DNA of 64,000 nt. Origin: Owenia fusiformis. Its lineage: Eukaryota. The DNA lies in assembly GCA_903813345.2 (NCBI GenBank), contig CAIIXF020000001.1, positions 41,912,001 to 41,976,000 on the forward strand, written 5' to 3'. The notes under the pieces are model-generated. The model was given only the letters and a program-made list of their open reading frames with translations, was not told the origin of the DNA and did no database searches. The position numbers and the translations under genes are program-made. Of this stretch, positions 39,009 to 50,449 are shown piece by piece; within the stretch, counting starts at the first letter, position 1, and each line of letters starts with the position of its first letter.

Positions 39009-41023
39009 TAGTGCTGATTGCTGAAGAACCCTTTGATATGGGAAATGGGTTACATGGGTGCAGGGATGTGGAATAGTGTTCGTTTTCTGGAATGCAAGTT
39101 ATAAACCTTGGCATAAGCCGTGGCCACATTTGCTACGATTTTTAGCACAGTGCCAGTTTTTCAAACAAAGTACTCATCGACCATGCGCCGGTGTTTAAGA
39201 TCGAAACAGATCGTGACCACGGCATTGCACAGCTCCCGATAGGCTAAAGGGCGATAGAAATTTAATTTCCACATGACAATAAAAGTTCTATCTCTGCTGC
39301 CATCTTTATATCGGCATTCAATCTACGGTTATTTTAATCTTGAATATGAACTTTTGCCCCAAGACTGTATATATATATGAATTTAAGCATAAATGAAGTC
39401 CTTTGAAGAAGGATGCTGTAGCCCTCCCCTTTTGTACCTCACCAGTACAACTGTTATGTAGGTTTCAAGGGTCTTCAAGCAAGAGTACGGGATTAGTTCT
39501 AGAACTATTGTTTAAGAGAAAGGCGTGTTCAAAAAGTTCACCATATCGATACCACTCCTTTAAAAAGATGCCCAGTAACGCTACATTGCCATCTAAATTA
39601 TTGGTCAATTTATGGAGGGAGAAGAAGATTTGGAGCCCTTAAATCTTTGGGAAATTTTTCCCCTAGCCTCCATATCTGCCACTGTGGAATCAGTATGCAG
39701 TGGGACTACATTCCCAGTGATGGGGTTTGTTGCTAGCTGCTGATGTTAAAAATAATCGCATCAAACCTAAATGTCACAATCGTACATTCATAACATTCTG
39801 AATTAAGACTTTGATAAATGATACACGAACAGTTCCCATTAATAAATATCCAATTTGAATAATTTGCTCGTCTGTTGAGACATATTAATAAACATCCGGT
39901 TGGTAATCTAAGAATGTCAAATACAATGATGAATTTTCTCTCTTAGACTAAATATTGTCTCTTGTCGTTTGGGTTGTCTTTTCACTGAATTATGACTTGA
40001 CGTTGCAATAGAGATTCCAATTAACAATGGCATCTGAATAAACTGCTTGTATTTGCTATGATTGATTTGTCTCTTAAGACTAACATATGACAATGTGTCA
40101 ATGTCAAAATAAATTTACTCTTTCGAAATGGATTGTTTGGAACATGTTTTTATCGGTATTTGCAAATAATACACCACACCTCTCCATAAGTTTGGTTTGA
40201 GCCAATCTATGTTTGAACTTTAGGAATACAAACTCTTCGGATGATTTTTTGAAAATTTACCATTGTTGAAATTCACTATTAGTGCTGTTAACTATATTAA
40301 CCATCTTGACTAGATAGAGGCAACAAAAAGCTCTAAAAAGCAAGCCCCATATCACTGGCGAATCTGGGGGGGGGGGGGGGCATAAAAATTGGGCTCAAAA
40401 ACAATTTGGGCCAAGAAAGGCCTTAAAGTCCCAAAAAGTGAGCCTTTTTGATTTTTAATTTTAGGCCAAAATTTCGATCGATAGATGGGTCCAGATATGT
40501 CTTTGAGGGACAGGATAGATTGCCACATGAAATGCATTCCCGAAGGCAGACTATTTTGATTAAATGTACACCAGTAAACCGTGTGCATCAGGAGTAAAAA
40601 TAATCCCAGATTATACCTGCTTCTATATCTGAAATAATCTTGCATCAAGCCCACATTACCCTCAATTTCTTTCATACACAGAGGGATGCAATGGCTTGAT
40701 GGACGAGAAATGATGGTAAATTGTGAAATAAAATGTTGATGTCAGACGGAGTGCAGGATAATGGACTGTTCTTAGTGGTTACGTCTTAAAACTTTAAATA
40801 AAAGATATACTACCACTTAACGAAGGCAGGATTAATACATCAACTGCCATTATCTTCCTAACTTAGGGGTGACTTGGGAAAAACAGATCACGGGGCAAGA
40901 AGAGACACTCCATTTTCTCAGCGCTTGTCCAGATGACAACGTTTGTCAATGACTTGATCAAAGGTTGCGTCAACAAATGCAAATGCAAATTGTAGACGCC
41001 GAGAATCATAAGGACCAACTTAA

Positions 41024-41760
41024 AGGTCCATGTGCAGTATGGCAAGTGGTTTTAGACGGTCATATCTTTCAGCATGTAGAGTACTTTCTGGTCATCAATA
41101 CTGTGGTTTTTATTAAAACAATATGTTTTCTTTCACGTGAAGTCCCCATGTTAGTAAATTATCAATCCAACTTTCTGAAAAATTATGGATTAGGACCCCA
41201 CATTGGCACTTTTTTTTAAAAATGTTAGGCGCATTTTCTAAAACGAGGATCTTGTTTTTCTCAATTTGAACATATCAAAACTTTCTTCTACACTATACTA
41301 ACAATTTCTGAAAAGGGGATGTGTATTGAAATGCGTTAAAGTTAAAAACCACATAGCCCATATTATTTTCCCATAGGGAGAATTCGTGCTATCCATTGTT
41401 TTCAGCATAGTTTTGGTCATCGAAAATGGATATCTTCAAAACTAGACTTTCAATACCATTCTACTCTTGAAGAAGTTTAGACCCCTTGTTGAATAATCTT
41501 TTCATGCAATAAAAACCAGAAAAAGAAGAATTTCTTTTAACAGTTTGAGTAAATAGGTTCAACATTTTGAAAAAATGTTGATATGGGGTCCCTTTTAATA
41601 ATTTTCGAATTGTTCGATTGATATTTTTATCATTATGGGTACTTCACTTGAAAGAAAACATATTGTTTTATTAATAACAAGGTCAAACGTTAATCAGAAT
41701 ATCAACACTCAACTACATCCTTCGAAATCGGTCCTTCACTGCTTTCATAGCAGATCATTA
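41024..41760 (+). mobile_element. Kolobok-like end (TTAA|AGGTCCATGTGCAGTATGGCAAG) followed by a segment with internal inverted repeats
   Basis: TTAA is at 41,020-41,023. AAAACAATATGTTTTCTTTCA (~41,115) is mirrored at ~41,650-41,670. The first ~88 bp match the reverse complement of 58,615-58,701. Confidence 0.55.
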
Positions 41761-41849
41761 ATGTAATGCAATGAATTACTCTTGGGCCAAGGATGACTCA
41801 ACTATTCTACTACTGGTTAATGAAAATACAGAATGAAATCCTGATGTGA

Positions 41850-41900
41850 GGGCAACCCCAGTGCGGATCGAACCCACGACCCCTCGCTTACCGTGCGATT
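41850..41900 (-). mobile_element. tRNA-derived (SINE-head-like) fragment
   Basis: The minus strand reads ATCGC-ACGGTAA-GCGAGGGGTCGTGGGTTCGATCCGCAC, giving an anticodon-like stem-loop plus B-box GGTTCGATCC. No D arm, A box or acceptor stem is present. Confidence 0.55.
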
Positions 41901-42099
41901 ACATGACGTATATGACAATGAAATGGCTCTATCCCAGCAAACAGTGACGTCCATGTAACGTCACTCATATGTGGTATATAAGTTCACTGGAGACGTTGTA
42001 TATTTCCGTTATATGAACGTCAAAGCAACGTAAAATTGTGACATTCAGCAAAACGTCGGTGGATGGTTAAAAAATGACGTTGTAGTAATGTGTTAGTAA

Positions 42100-44340
42100 A
42101 GTTCGAAATTTGTGCTGGTGTGAAAAACGTAACAATGACGTTGAATTTTTACCAGTTTGGTTCATTTGCAACGTAATACAAACGGTAAAATTTAACGTTG
42201 TCGTAACGTTTTTTAAATGTGTAAAATATTTGTAAGTGCAGGAAACATTACAAAGACGTTGCAGTTCTCACCAAATTGTTTCATTTGCTACGTAATATAA
42301 ACGGTAAAATTTGACGTTGTCGTAACGTGTTTTAAATGTGAAAGATATTTGTAAGTGTAGAAAACGTTACAAAGACGTTGTGTTCTCACCAAATTTGGTA
42401 CATTTGCTACGTAATGTAAACGGTAAAATTTGACGTTGTCGTAACGTGTTTTAAACGTGAAAGATATTTGTAAGTGTAGAGAACGTTACAAAGACGTTGC
42501 ACTTCTCACCAAATTGTTTCATTTGCTACGTAATATAAACGGTAAAATTTGACGTTGTCGTAACGTGTTTTAAATGTGAAAGATATTTGTAAGTGTAGAA
42601 AACGTTACAAAGACGTTGTGTTCTCACCAAATTTGGTACATTTGCTACGTAATGTAAACGGTAAAATTTGACGTTGTCGTAACGTGTTTTAAACGTGAAA
42701 GATATTTGTAAGTGTAGAGAACGTTACAAAGACGTTGCACTTCTCACCAAATTGTTTCATTTGCTACGTAATATAAACGGTAAAATTTGACGTTGTCGTT
42801 ACGTGTCTTAAATGTGAAAGATATTTGTAAGTGTAGAAAACGTTACAAAGACGTTGTGTTCTCACCAAATTTGGTACATTTGCTACGTAATGTAAACGGT
42901 AAAATTTGACGTTGTCGTAACGTGTTTTAAACGTGAAAGATATTTGTAAGTGTAAAAAAACGTTACAAAGACGTTGCACTTCTCACCAAATTGTTTCATT
43001 TGCTACGTAATATAAACGGTAAAATTTAACGTTGTCGTAACGTTTTTTAAATGTGTAAAATATTTGTAAGTGCAGGAAACATTACAAAGACGTTGCAGTT
43101 CTCACCAAATTGTTTCATTTGCTACGTAATATAAACGGTAAAATTTGACGTTGTCGTAACGTGTTTTAAATGTGAAAGATATTTGTAAGTGTAGAAAACG
43201 TTACAAAGACGTTGTGTTCTCACCAAATTTGGTACATTTGCTACGTAATGTAAACGGTAAAATTTGACGTTGTCGTAACGTGTTTTAAACGTGAAAGATA
43301 TTTGTAAGTGTAGAAAACGTTACAAAGACGTTGCACTTCTCACCAAATTGTTTCATTTGCTACGTAATATAAACGGTAAAATTTGATGTTGTCGTAACGT
43401 GTTCTAAATGTGAAAGATATTTGTAAGTGTAAAAAACGTTACAAAGACGTTGTGTTCTCACCAAATTTGGTACATTTGCTACGTAATGTAAACGGTAAAA
43501 TTTGACGTTGTCGTAACGTGTTTTAAATGTGAAAGATATTTGTAAGTGTAGAAAACGTTACAAAGACGTTGCACTTCTCACCAAATTGTTTCATTTGCTA
43601 CGTAATATAAACGGTAAAATTTGATGTCGTCGTAACGTGTTCTAAATGTGAAAGATATTTGTAAGTGTAAAAAACGTTACAAAGACGTTGCGTTCTCACC
43701 AAATTTGGTACATTTGCTACGTAATGTAAACGGTAAAATTTGACGTTGTCGTAACGTACGTGTTTTAAATGTGAAAGATATTTGTAAGTGTAGAAAACGT
43801 TACAAAGACGTTGCAGTTCTCACCAAATTGTTACATTTGCTACGTAATATAAACAGTAAAATTTGACGTTGTCGTAACGTGTTTTAAATGTGAAAGATAA
43901 TTGTAAGTCTAGGAAACGTTACAAAGTCCTTGTTTTCCCACCAAATTGGTTCATTTGCCACGTAGTGAAAATGGCTAATTGTAACGTTGTCAAAACATGG
44001 TTTGAATGTGAAAAATATTTGTAATTGTAACACACGTTACAAAGACGTCATTTTCTGACCAAAATGGTTCATTTTCAACGTAGTGCAAACGGTTAATTTC
44101 AACGTTGTCGAAACGTGTTTTCAATTGAAATGTAAAAAAATATTTGTAAGTGCAGGAAACGTTACAAAAAGACGCTATGTCCTCACGAAATTGGTTTATT
44201 TGCAACGTTGTCGAAACAGTTCATTTTGACGTTGACGAAACGGGGTTTAAACGTGAAAAATACATATACATGTATGTGAAAAAGAACGTGACAAAGACGT
44301 TGTGGTCTCAACAAATTCGTTTAATTTGTGACGTGAAGTA
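42100..44340. repeat. Left subterminal tandem array of the CACTA element: ~119-bp monomers arranged as a 238-bp dimer (118+120), ~18 copies
   Basis: The anchor CTCACCAAA occurs at 42267, 42385, 42505, 42623, 42743 and onward. TTGTTTCATTTG and TTTGGTACATTTG variants alternate. Confidence 0.92.
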
Positions 44341-44742
44341 AATGTTAAATATATAACGAATATACATGTATGCCTCGAGTTGTGGTAACTTTAAATACTG
44401 ATCGGTGGAGGCACAGGCATATGTTGGCTCACACAGATGAACTTAACGTGGTAATTGAGAGTGAGAGTGGAAATATGATGTAAAGAAAACGTTTCTCCGA
44501 CGTTGTAATTTTGCCATTGGTTATTGCTGACAAAAGTCTGACGTTCTGTCCCGGGGGGTTCATTCCAATACCTCTTAATACCTATGTGCCGCGCCAAAGA
44601 CCCCCTTTTTGAGCATTTTTTCCATGTCAATTTCCTCTCAAAATTGGAAGTTTCCATGTATTATTCCTCTCAGAGTTATAAAATTCCATATTTTCTTCCT
44701 CTGAACTTCATAGATGTCCATGTCGACTTCCTCTGGAGCTTG

Positions 44743-44913
44743 CCGGTGTAAAAGAAATTATGGTCCCCTGGGGATTATGGTCTCCTTTCTTAAAGGCCCT
44801 TACTGGCCCTGATTGTGGATACGATAATAAGGGAGAGTTGTATTTAGGTCACCATATAAATCAATGGAAAGTAGGACCATAATTTGATAGGACCTCCTAC
44901 CCTTTTACACCGG
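44743..44913 (-). mobile_element. Second copy of the CCGGTGTAAAAG MITE, nested in the CACTA element
   Basis: It is the reverse complement of 29,988-30,160 with a few substitutions. Confidence 0.75.
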
Positions 44914-45670
44914 GACTAAAGTTTGCGAATTATCGGTAAATTGACTAAAACTCCACTCTTCCGGCGATTTGTCAGACCTCGGGACAAAAATTTTAGTCCC
45001 TTTCAACAAGGGCGAGCGTTACAAACGGAAAGTACATCGTTCGCAAATTTGATGTATTTCTCGTTCGGCTTTTTATCGTATTCTGTTCTATCAACCAATA
45101 GAAATAGAGGAATTCCCGCGTCGAAATCAACATGGAGGACAGTTCCAAGTTCAAGAATATTGCTGCTTAAAAGCAACTTGGGAGCCGTACTGCCAGCTTT
45201 CGAAGGTAAGAATGATGCATGCATGTTACACAATCACCAAAGGTTAAAATGAAAGCATGCCATGGCCGGTACTTGCAGCGAGAACACAAATAATCTCATG
45301 TGAAAGTTGGGATCGTTTCAATTTTCAAAATTTTTGTCAGTTGAAATTAGACTTTTGAATATTCTGATATTTGAATCGATGTTATTGATTTTCAATTTCA
45401 TCACGATTTTCAATCATAATTCCTGGTTCATAATTTTCGTTAGGTCAATTACAAGGGGTCCAGGGGTCAATTAACCATCAGCGACTTTCAAGTCAGATCC
45501 GGTCCCTGGGATCTGGCGCAGAGGTGTTGATTGGATGGTGAAGTGTTTATGGCAAATGGTTTATGCAGTTATCTTGATGGTGATCTCTGTTAGATCTACC
45601 TCTTTCAAAGAATAGACATTGCCCGGGGAGTCAGTGATTGCCATCTTTAGCCTGATAGATAATCATGATG

Positions 45671-45981
45671 GCAGAAATACATAATACACAAACATGTATC
45701 AGTTTCATATGCTTTAGAAAATGTACATGTTTGCGAACAAATAGTTCAGAAGACAATAGAATCGTCGATTTAATTCCTCACTTAAGTTACATAAACGGTT
45801 TTTTCGAAAAACAGTTAAGATCTGCACTTTTAACCCGAACCGCTTGTGTAACTTAAGTGAGGAATTAAATCGATGATTCTGTTGTCTTCTGAGCTATGCC
45901 TATTTTTCGCAAACATGTTCATTTTCTAAAACATATGATGCTGATACATGTTTGTGAGAAAAAATGTTGTGGGGATTCTGC
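45671..45981. mobile_element. Foldback MITE nested in the CACTA element
   Basis: It has ~120-bp inverted arms: TCGATTTAATTCCTCACTTAAGTTACA vs TGTAACTTAAGTGAGGAATTAAATCGA, and CACAAACATGTATCAG vs CTGATACATGTTTGTG. Confidence 0.75.
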
Positions 45982-48900
45982 CTACAATGCGTGAAATAAG
46001 GAAAAAAGAAAAATCGTACCTTCGACGTTCCGACATTTTGTTACCAAAATGAACCGTTTCGGTAACCAGTGTAATCGAGCGGATCACCAGTGAATAGATA
46101 GCATACTATATTTAGGGAGTTCTTTAATTTTTTTGAAAATAACATGGCAGAGAAGCATTGAAATATGAGGTCACAGATATGATAGCTAAACTACAAAACA
46201 AACTAAAATAAACAAAAGTAAGAACATGTATAAATGTTTCTATTTTTACATGTTCTGTTTCAATGTGGTCCTTTAATTGCTTATTTTTTAGATTCAGAGA
46301 AGTTCCAAACATTCAAAATTTTACTGTAATCTCATCTTCTCTACGACCCCCACTTAAATTTGTAAAAAACATAAGTGGGGGTAACCAAACTCGTCTGGCC
46401 CTGTTATCCACTCCCTGATTCTGAAATGTCGTAGACCAACAGCGTCAGGCGTAGATAACTGGGCCATACAGGTTTTTGTTAAAGTGGGGGTAGAATGCGA
46501 TAAATCGCATGATGTATGGTCTCTCTAAAATTCTCTTATTTTTAACATGGGAAATCGTCACTTCAGCAAATTCACATGTCATTTATTTATGTTCCAAAAT
46601 TCACCCTATGCAGACAGAGCCTGTGGGAAATATTGGGTGCGGAGCAAATGAGCGGAGGGTGCTGAGCTAACGGTCATTTTTGAAAAAAATCTTTCAAAAT
46701 CATGCAGTTTTCACCATTTTGAGCACTTCTCAAGTGATTTTGTCCATATTTTATGCCAAAATTGTCAAATGTGAACCCCCCCTGGAAATTTTTGAAAAAT
46801 GAACCCCCCTTGGCAAATCCTGGCTACGGGCCTGATTATTGATATTTATATTTTTTAATCGAAATGTTGTTTGTTATAAGCACACGCCTTTTAACAATTG
46901 ATAGAGACTGAAAAGTGTATATCATCTTCAGCAAATCTGAAATTAAGCTTTGTTTTTATTGATCGAATTCAATGAAAGTTAATTTCTTTTAAGTTAAGTT
47001 AACTTTTATCAGCCTTTAAAAAAACTACTATTGTCATCTGTTTTTCCATCTTAGTGTACAATAGTTCTCTACTCTGTTTTCAGAAGTAGGAGATGAACCA
47101 GATTTTTGTAGCTTTCATCCATGATAACCCTGAGACCTTGTTGGTTGTGTTTAGATGATGGTGTTTCATACTAATCAGGTATATTATTTCATCGTTTGAT
47201 TTAATTAACTTGCATCATTTGTGGCTCTTTGCTTCAGAAAGTATTCATGTGTATTTAATGCAGTTATTATTTAACTTTCACAGTTTCACAGCAAATGAGA
47301 TACTGTAAATTGCTTTAATTTGGTGCTATTTAATTTGGCGCCCTGTGCAAATTTTAAAAGTATGACTGCTATATAATTAAGTTATTTTAAAAGGTTTGAA
47401 CTTAATCCTGATTGACACAATGTTAAAACATCTCAGTAGATTTACTCATCATATTCACAATTTAAAGGTCTTATCTTAATCAATACAATTTGAAATAAAA
47501 GTATAAAATAAAGTAACAGTCTTTTAAAGTACTACTATTGTCCTCTATTTTCCCATCTACCTATTCTGTTTTCAGGATTGTTGTAGCCTTCACCCATGAT
47601 AACCCTGAGATGATTTTGGCTGTGTTGAGATGAGTGGTGTTATGCTAATCAGGTAGGCCTATATTATTTCTAGAGGTGTCACACTGACCCGAAGTTGACC
47701 TGCCATATTTTATCTCAGAAAGTTAAGAGTCATTCTCAGGTATCTACTTTCCTACCGTTCCAACATTTCAAATTATTATCCAATAGAATATTTTAATAAA
47801 TAGATCTCTAGTTAAATCATTGGATGAAGATTATGAGAGTCAACGAAGGAATGTTTTGGCTATATGATTCTACTGTAGAAATACAAAAGGATAGTACAAA
47901 AAGCTACTAGGGATCTATAAACAGATGAGCATAGGGATTGTTTTACCCCAGAGTAGTCCCAAAAAGTCTCCTGAGACAAAGAACAGATCTGGTGGAAGAA
48001 AGATTACACCCTCAGGTGCATTTTCAGATAACCAACTAATAAAATGTTTATACTACAAGTCTCTAAAATATTTCAGACAAACTAGCAGTACAAGCAGAAT
48101 GGAACATTTGACGGTTTGGAAGTTAGGCAGTCTAGAGTCCTCTGAGCTTGGGGAGTTGCGAGGAAAGTGACTTCGGTAAGTCCAGGTTAATCTATTATTC
48201 ATTATAGAAGTATTTTATATATATTAAGTTTACAGCAGAATCAAATCTAGCAAGATCCTTGTCATTCTATTCTAAAAATATAAAGTGCAGACTTTACTTC
48301 AGGAATACTAGAGTATTTTACCAAAGAATTTTACAATTATGTATTTTATTTTATATATATGGCTTCCATATTTATATTTGGAAGAATTTAAAAATTTTCC
48401 CGATTTTCGCACTTTTAATCCTCAATAACTTACTGATTTACAACACATTGTAGACTTTTGAGACATATTGTATCTGAGATTGTAAAGAATAGATCGCTAG
48501 CTCAATTTTGGTTGAAAATGACACTGCAAAATATACAGAGTGGGTATGGGTATACAGGTTACATTTCATACTTTTGAATAGATTGATTTTTTCCAGGAAA
48601 ATGTCCAAAAACAAGCAGAAATGGCAATGTGTTAAACATGCAACCAGGGAAACAACGACTGAGCTGTACAAGTCATTTGAAAAAACATTTGGAAAGTGAT
48701 GAGGACCAATGAGAGCTCATGCTTTCAAGGAAAAATGAACACTTAGCATAAACAATATCTGTTCCGAGAAGCAAGCCAGTTTGAATTAAATTTTTATCTC
48801 TATGACAAGTAACGGGACAGTTTAAGATTGCATAGATATAATGGCTTCATATCTGAAACATGCAATTTTTCTAGATTTATTCCCAACTTAAAATGGTCAT

Positions 48901-49001
48901 TATTGCTTTTTGAAAATCAATACCATGTTAACTAATAGAGCATTTGTTCAAGCTCAAATTAGAATATTTATTCATTCCCGTTCAGAAAAATAACAATATA
49001 A

Positions 49002-49717
49002 CCCCTAAACAGTTAGGCTATAGATAATTACATTCATAGTAAAGGGGGTGAATAGATTTGCCGAGATCTGGGCACAATCTTGGAAATGAAATATCGAAAT
49101 ATCATCAAAGTTAATCCCATACTTAGTAGTGTTATAGGTAAATAACATGCGGGAATATAATTGATATCTGAGTTGAGCGGGAGATATACAAGGGTTATGT
49201 ACTGGGAGGTTTTGGATACAGGTTTTATCCCAAGGGAAATATGTGTATATCCCGACGGACCGCAGGGACCAAGGGATATACACATATTTCCCGAGGGATA
49301 AACCCTGTATCCAAAACCGACCGTACATAACAGATGTATTTCATACCTACTGATGTTCTTGGTACGTCATATACCTTATAAAGTTCCAAAATTCAAAAAT
49401 ATACTTAAGATACACATTTTCTTGGTGTTTTAAAGTGGTTTTTAAGTTTCTGAGATTATCAAACTCATAAATGTGAAAATCTTTTTTTTAGAAATGTGAA
49501 AAAAAATTTGGGGAAAAATGGGAAATTTCAATGCATATTTAATTCTCATAATCTACTAAGTATAGGATAAATCAGTTATTAAATGCTCGATTTTTGATAC
49601 AGTGTATATCCCTAAGTAAATACTATATAGTCACGATTTATTAGTTAAAATATGCCTAATTCAATTTTAAGACAAGCCAGAACGGCAAATCTCCCCTGCC
49701 CCTTAACCGTTTAGGGG
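49002..49717. mobile_element. piggyBac-like MITE (CCC...GGG ends, ATAA/TTAA flanks) containing a nested hairpin element
   Basis: Ends read ATAA|CCCCTAAACAGTTAGG ... CCTTAACCGTTTAGGGG|TTAA. A subterminal inverted repeat AGATTTGCCG/CGGCAAATCT is also present. Confidence 0.6.
49194..49331. mobile_element. Long palindromic hairpin element (Crypton-like architecture)
   Basis: The sequence folds as GTTATGTAC..GGTTTTGGATACAGG..GGGAAATATGTGTATATCCC-loop-GGGATATACACATATTTCCC..CCTGTATCCAAAACC..GTACATAAC. Confidence 0.6.
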
Positions 49718-49971
49718 TTAATAAAATACTCAATAAAACTTATTAACGATAGGATAGATTTTTGATAGATGACATACGAGACTGTAATTATATTTAAGTT
49801 CAATTCTGTGTGTCAATATTCTCTATTTGGATGCTCAAAAAAGTTCTTGTGTATTAACTGTTAACTCATTAATTATTGGAAAAACAATATACATTTGTTA
49901 ATAAGTCAAAGCATAAGTTAGTTGTGTTTTACCTTCACATGTGAAAATGTTAGGCTTAGTGTGTTATATTT

Positions 49972-50349
49972 AGAGGTTATGTCACTATCGTGGCATATAT
50001 GCCCGAGGTCTCAGTGATATATGGCCCGACCTTGGGAGGGACATTGATCTCTGAGAACCGAGGGCATATGTGCCACGATAGTGACATAAACGATTTATAA
50101 CATACCTATGATGATGTAGACTGGTCAGAGAGTACCGTTTTCTTATACAATTGACAAACAAATGGTTTGAAAATGATTGAAAAATAATTTAGAAAAATTG
50201 CTCGCGCAGTTTTATCTTCAATTGATTGGTTATGACGTCAGCGCCTTGACCAATCAGAAAGTTAGCGGGCGCGGGCTTTTCAAAACTTATATTGGCCCGC
50301 TGTCTTGTGTACACTTTGCACTATACATCATCATAGGTATGTTATAAAT
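49972..50349. mobile_element. Double-hairpin element (Crypton-like non-autonomous architecture)
   Basis: Hairpin 1 spans 49,977-50,089 (TTATGTCACTATCGTGGCA...TGCCACGATAGTGACATAA). A perfect 26-bp inverted repeat at 50,093-50,118 / 50,324-50,349 encloses CCAAT, CRE and GC-rich motifs. Confidence 0.6.
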
Positions 50350-50449
50350 AATTTTACTGAACATTAGTGTCTACATCTTCCTGTACAGGAACTTTAAATT
50401 ATGTTCATGTAATGATTCATTTAACTGGACGTTAGTCATTACTATCACT

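Noticed and set aside
39701..39722. ZNF143/THAP11-like motif GGGACTACATTCCCAG as promoter of the membrane-protein gene
   Set aside because: It is one base short of the ACTACAnTTCCCA spacing, and I found no compatible phase-1 first exon downstream.
41850..41900. Functional tRNA gene
   Set aside because: Only the anticodon and T arms are present, with no A box, D arm or paired acceptor stem.
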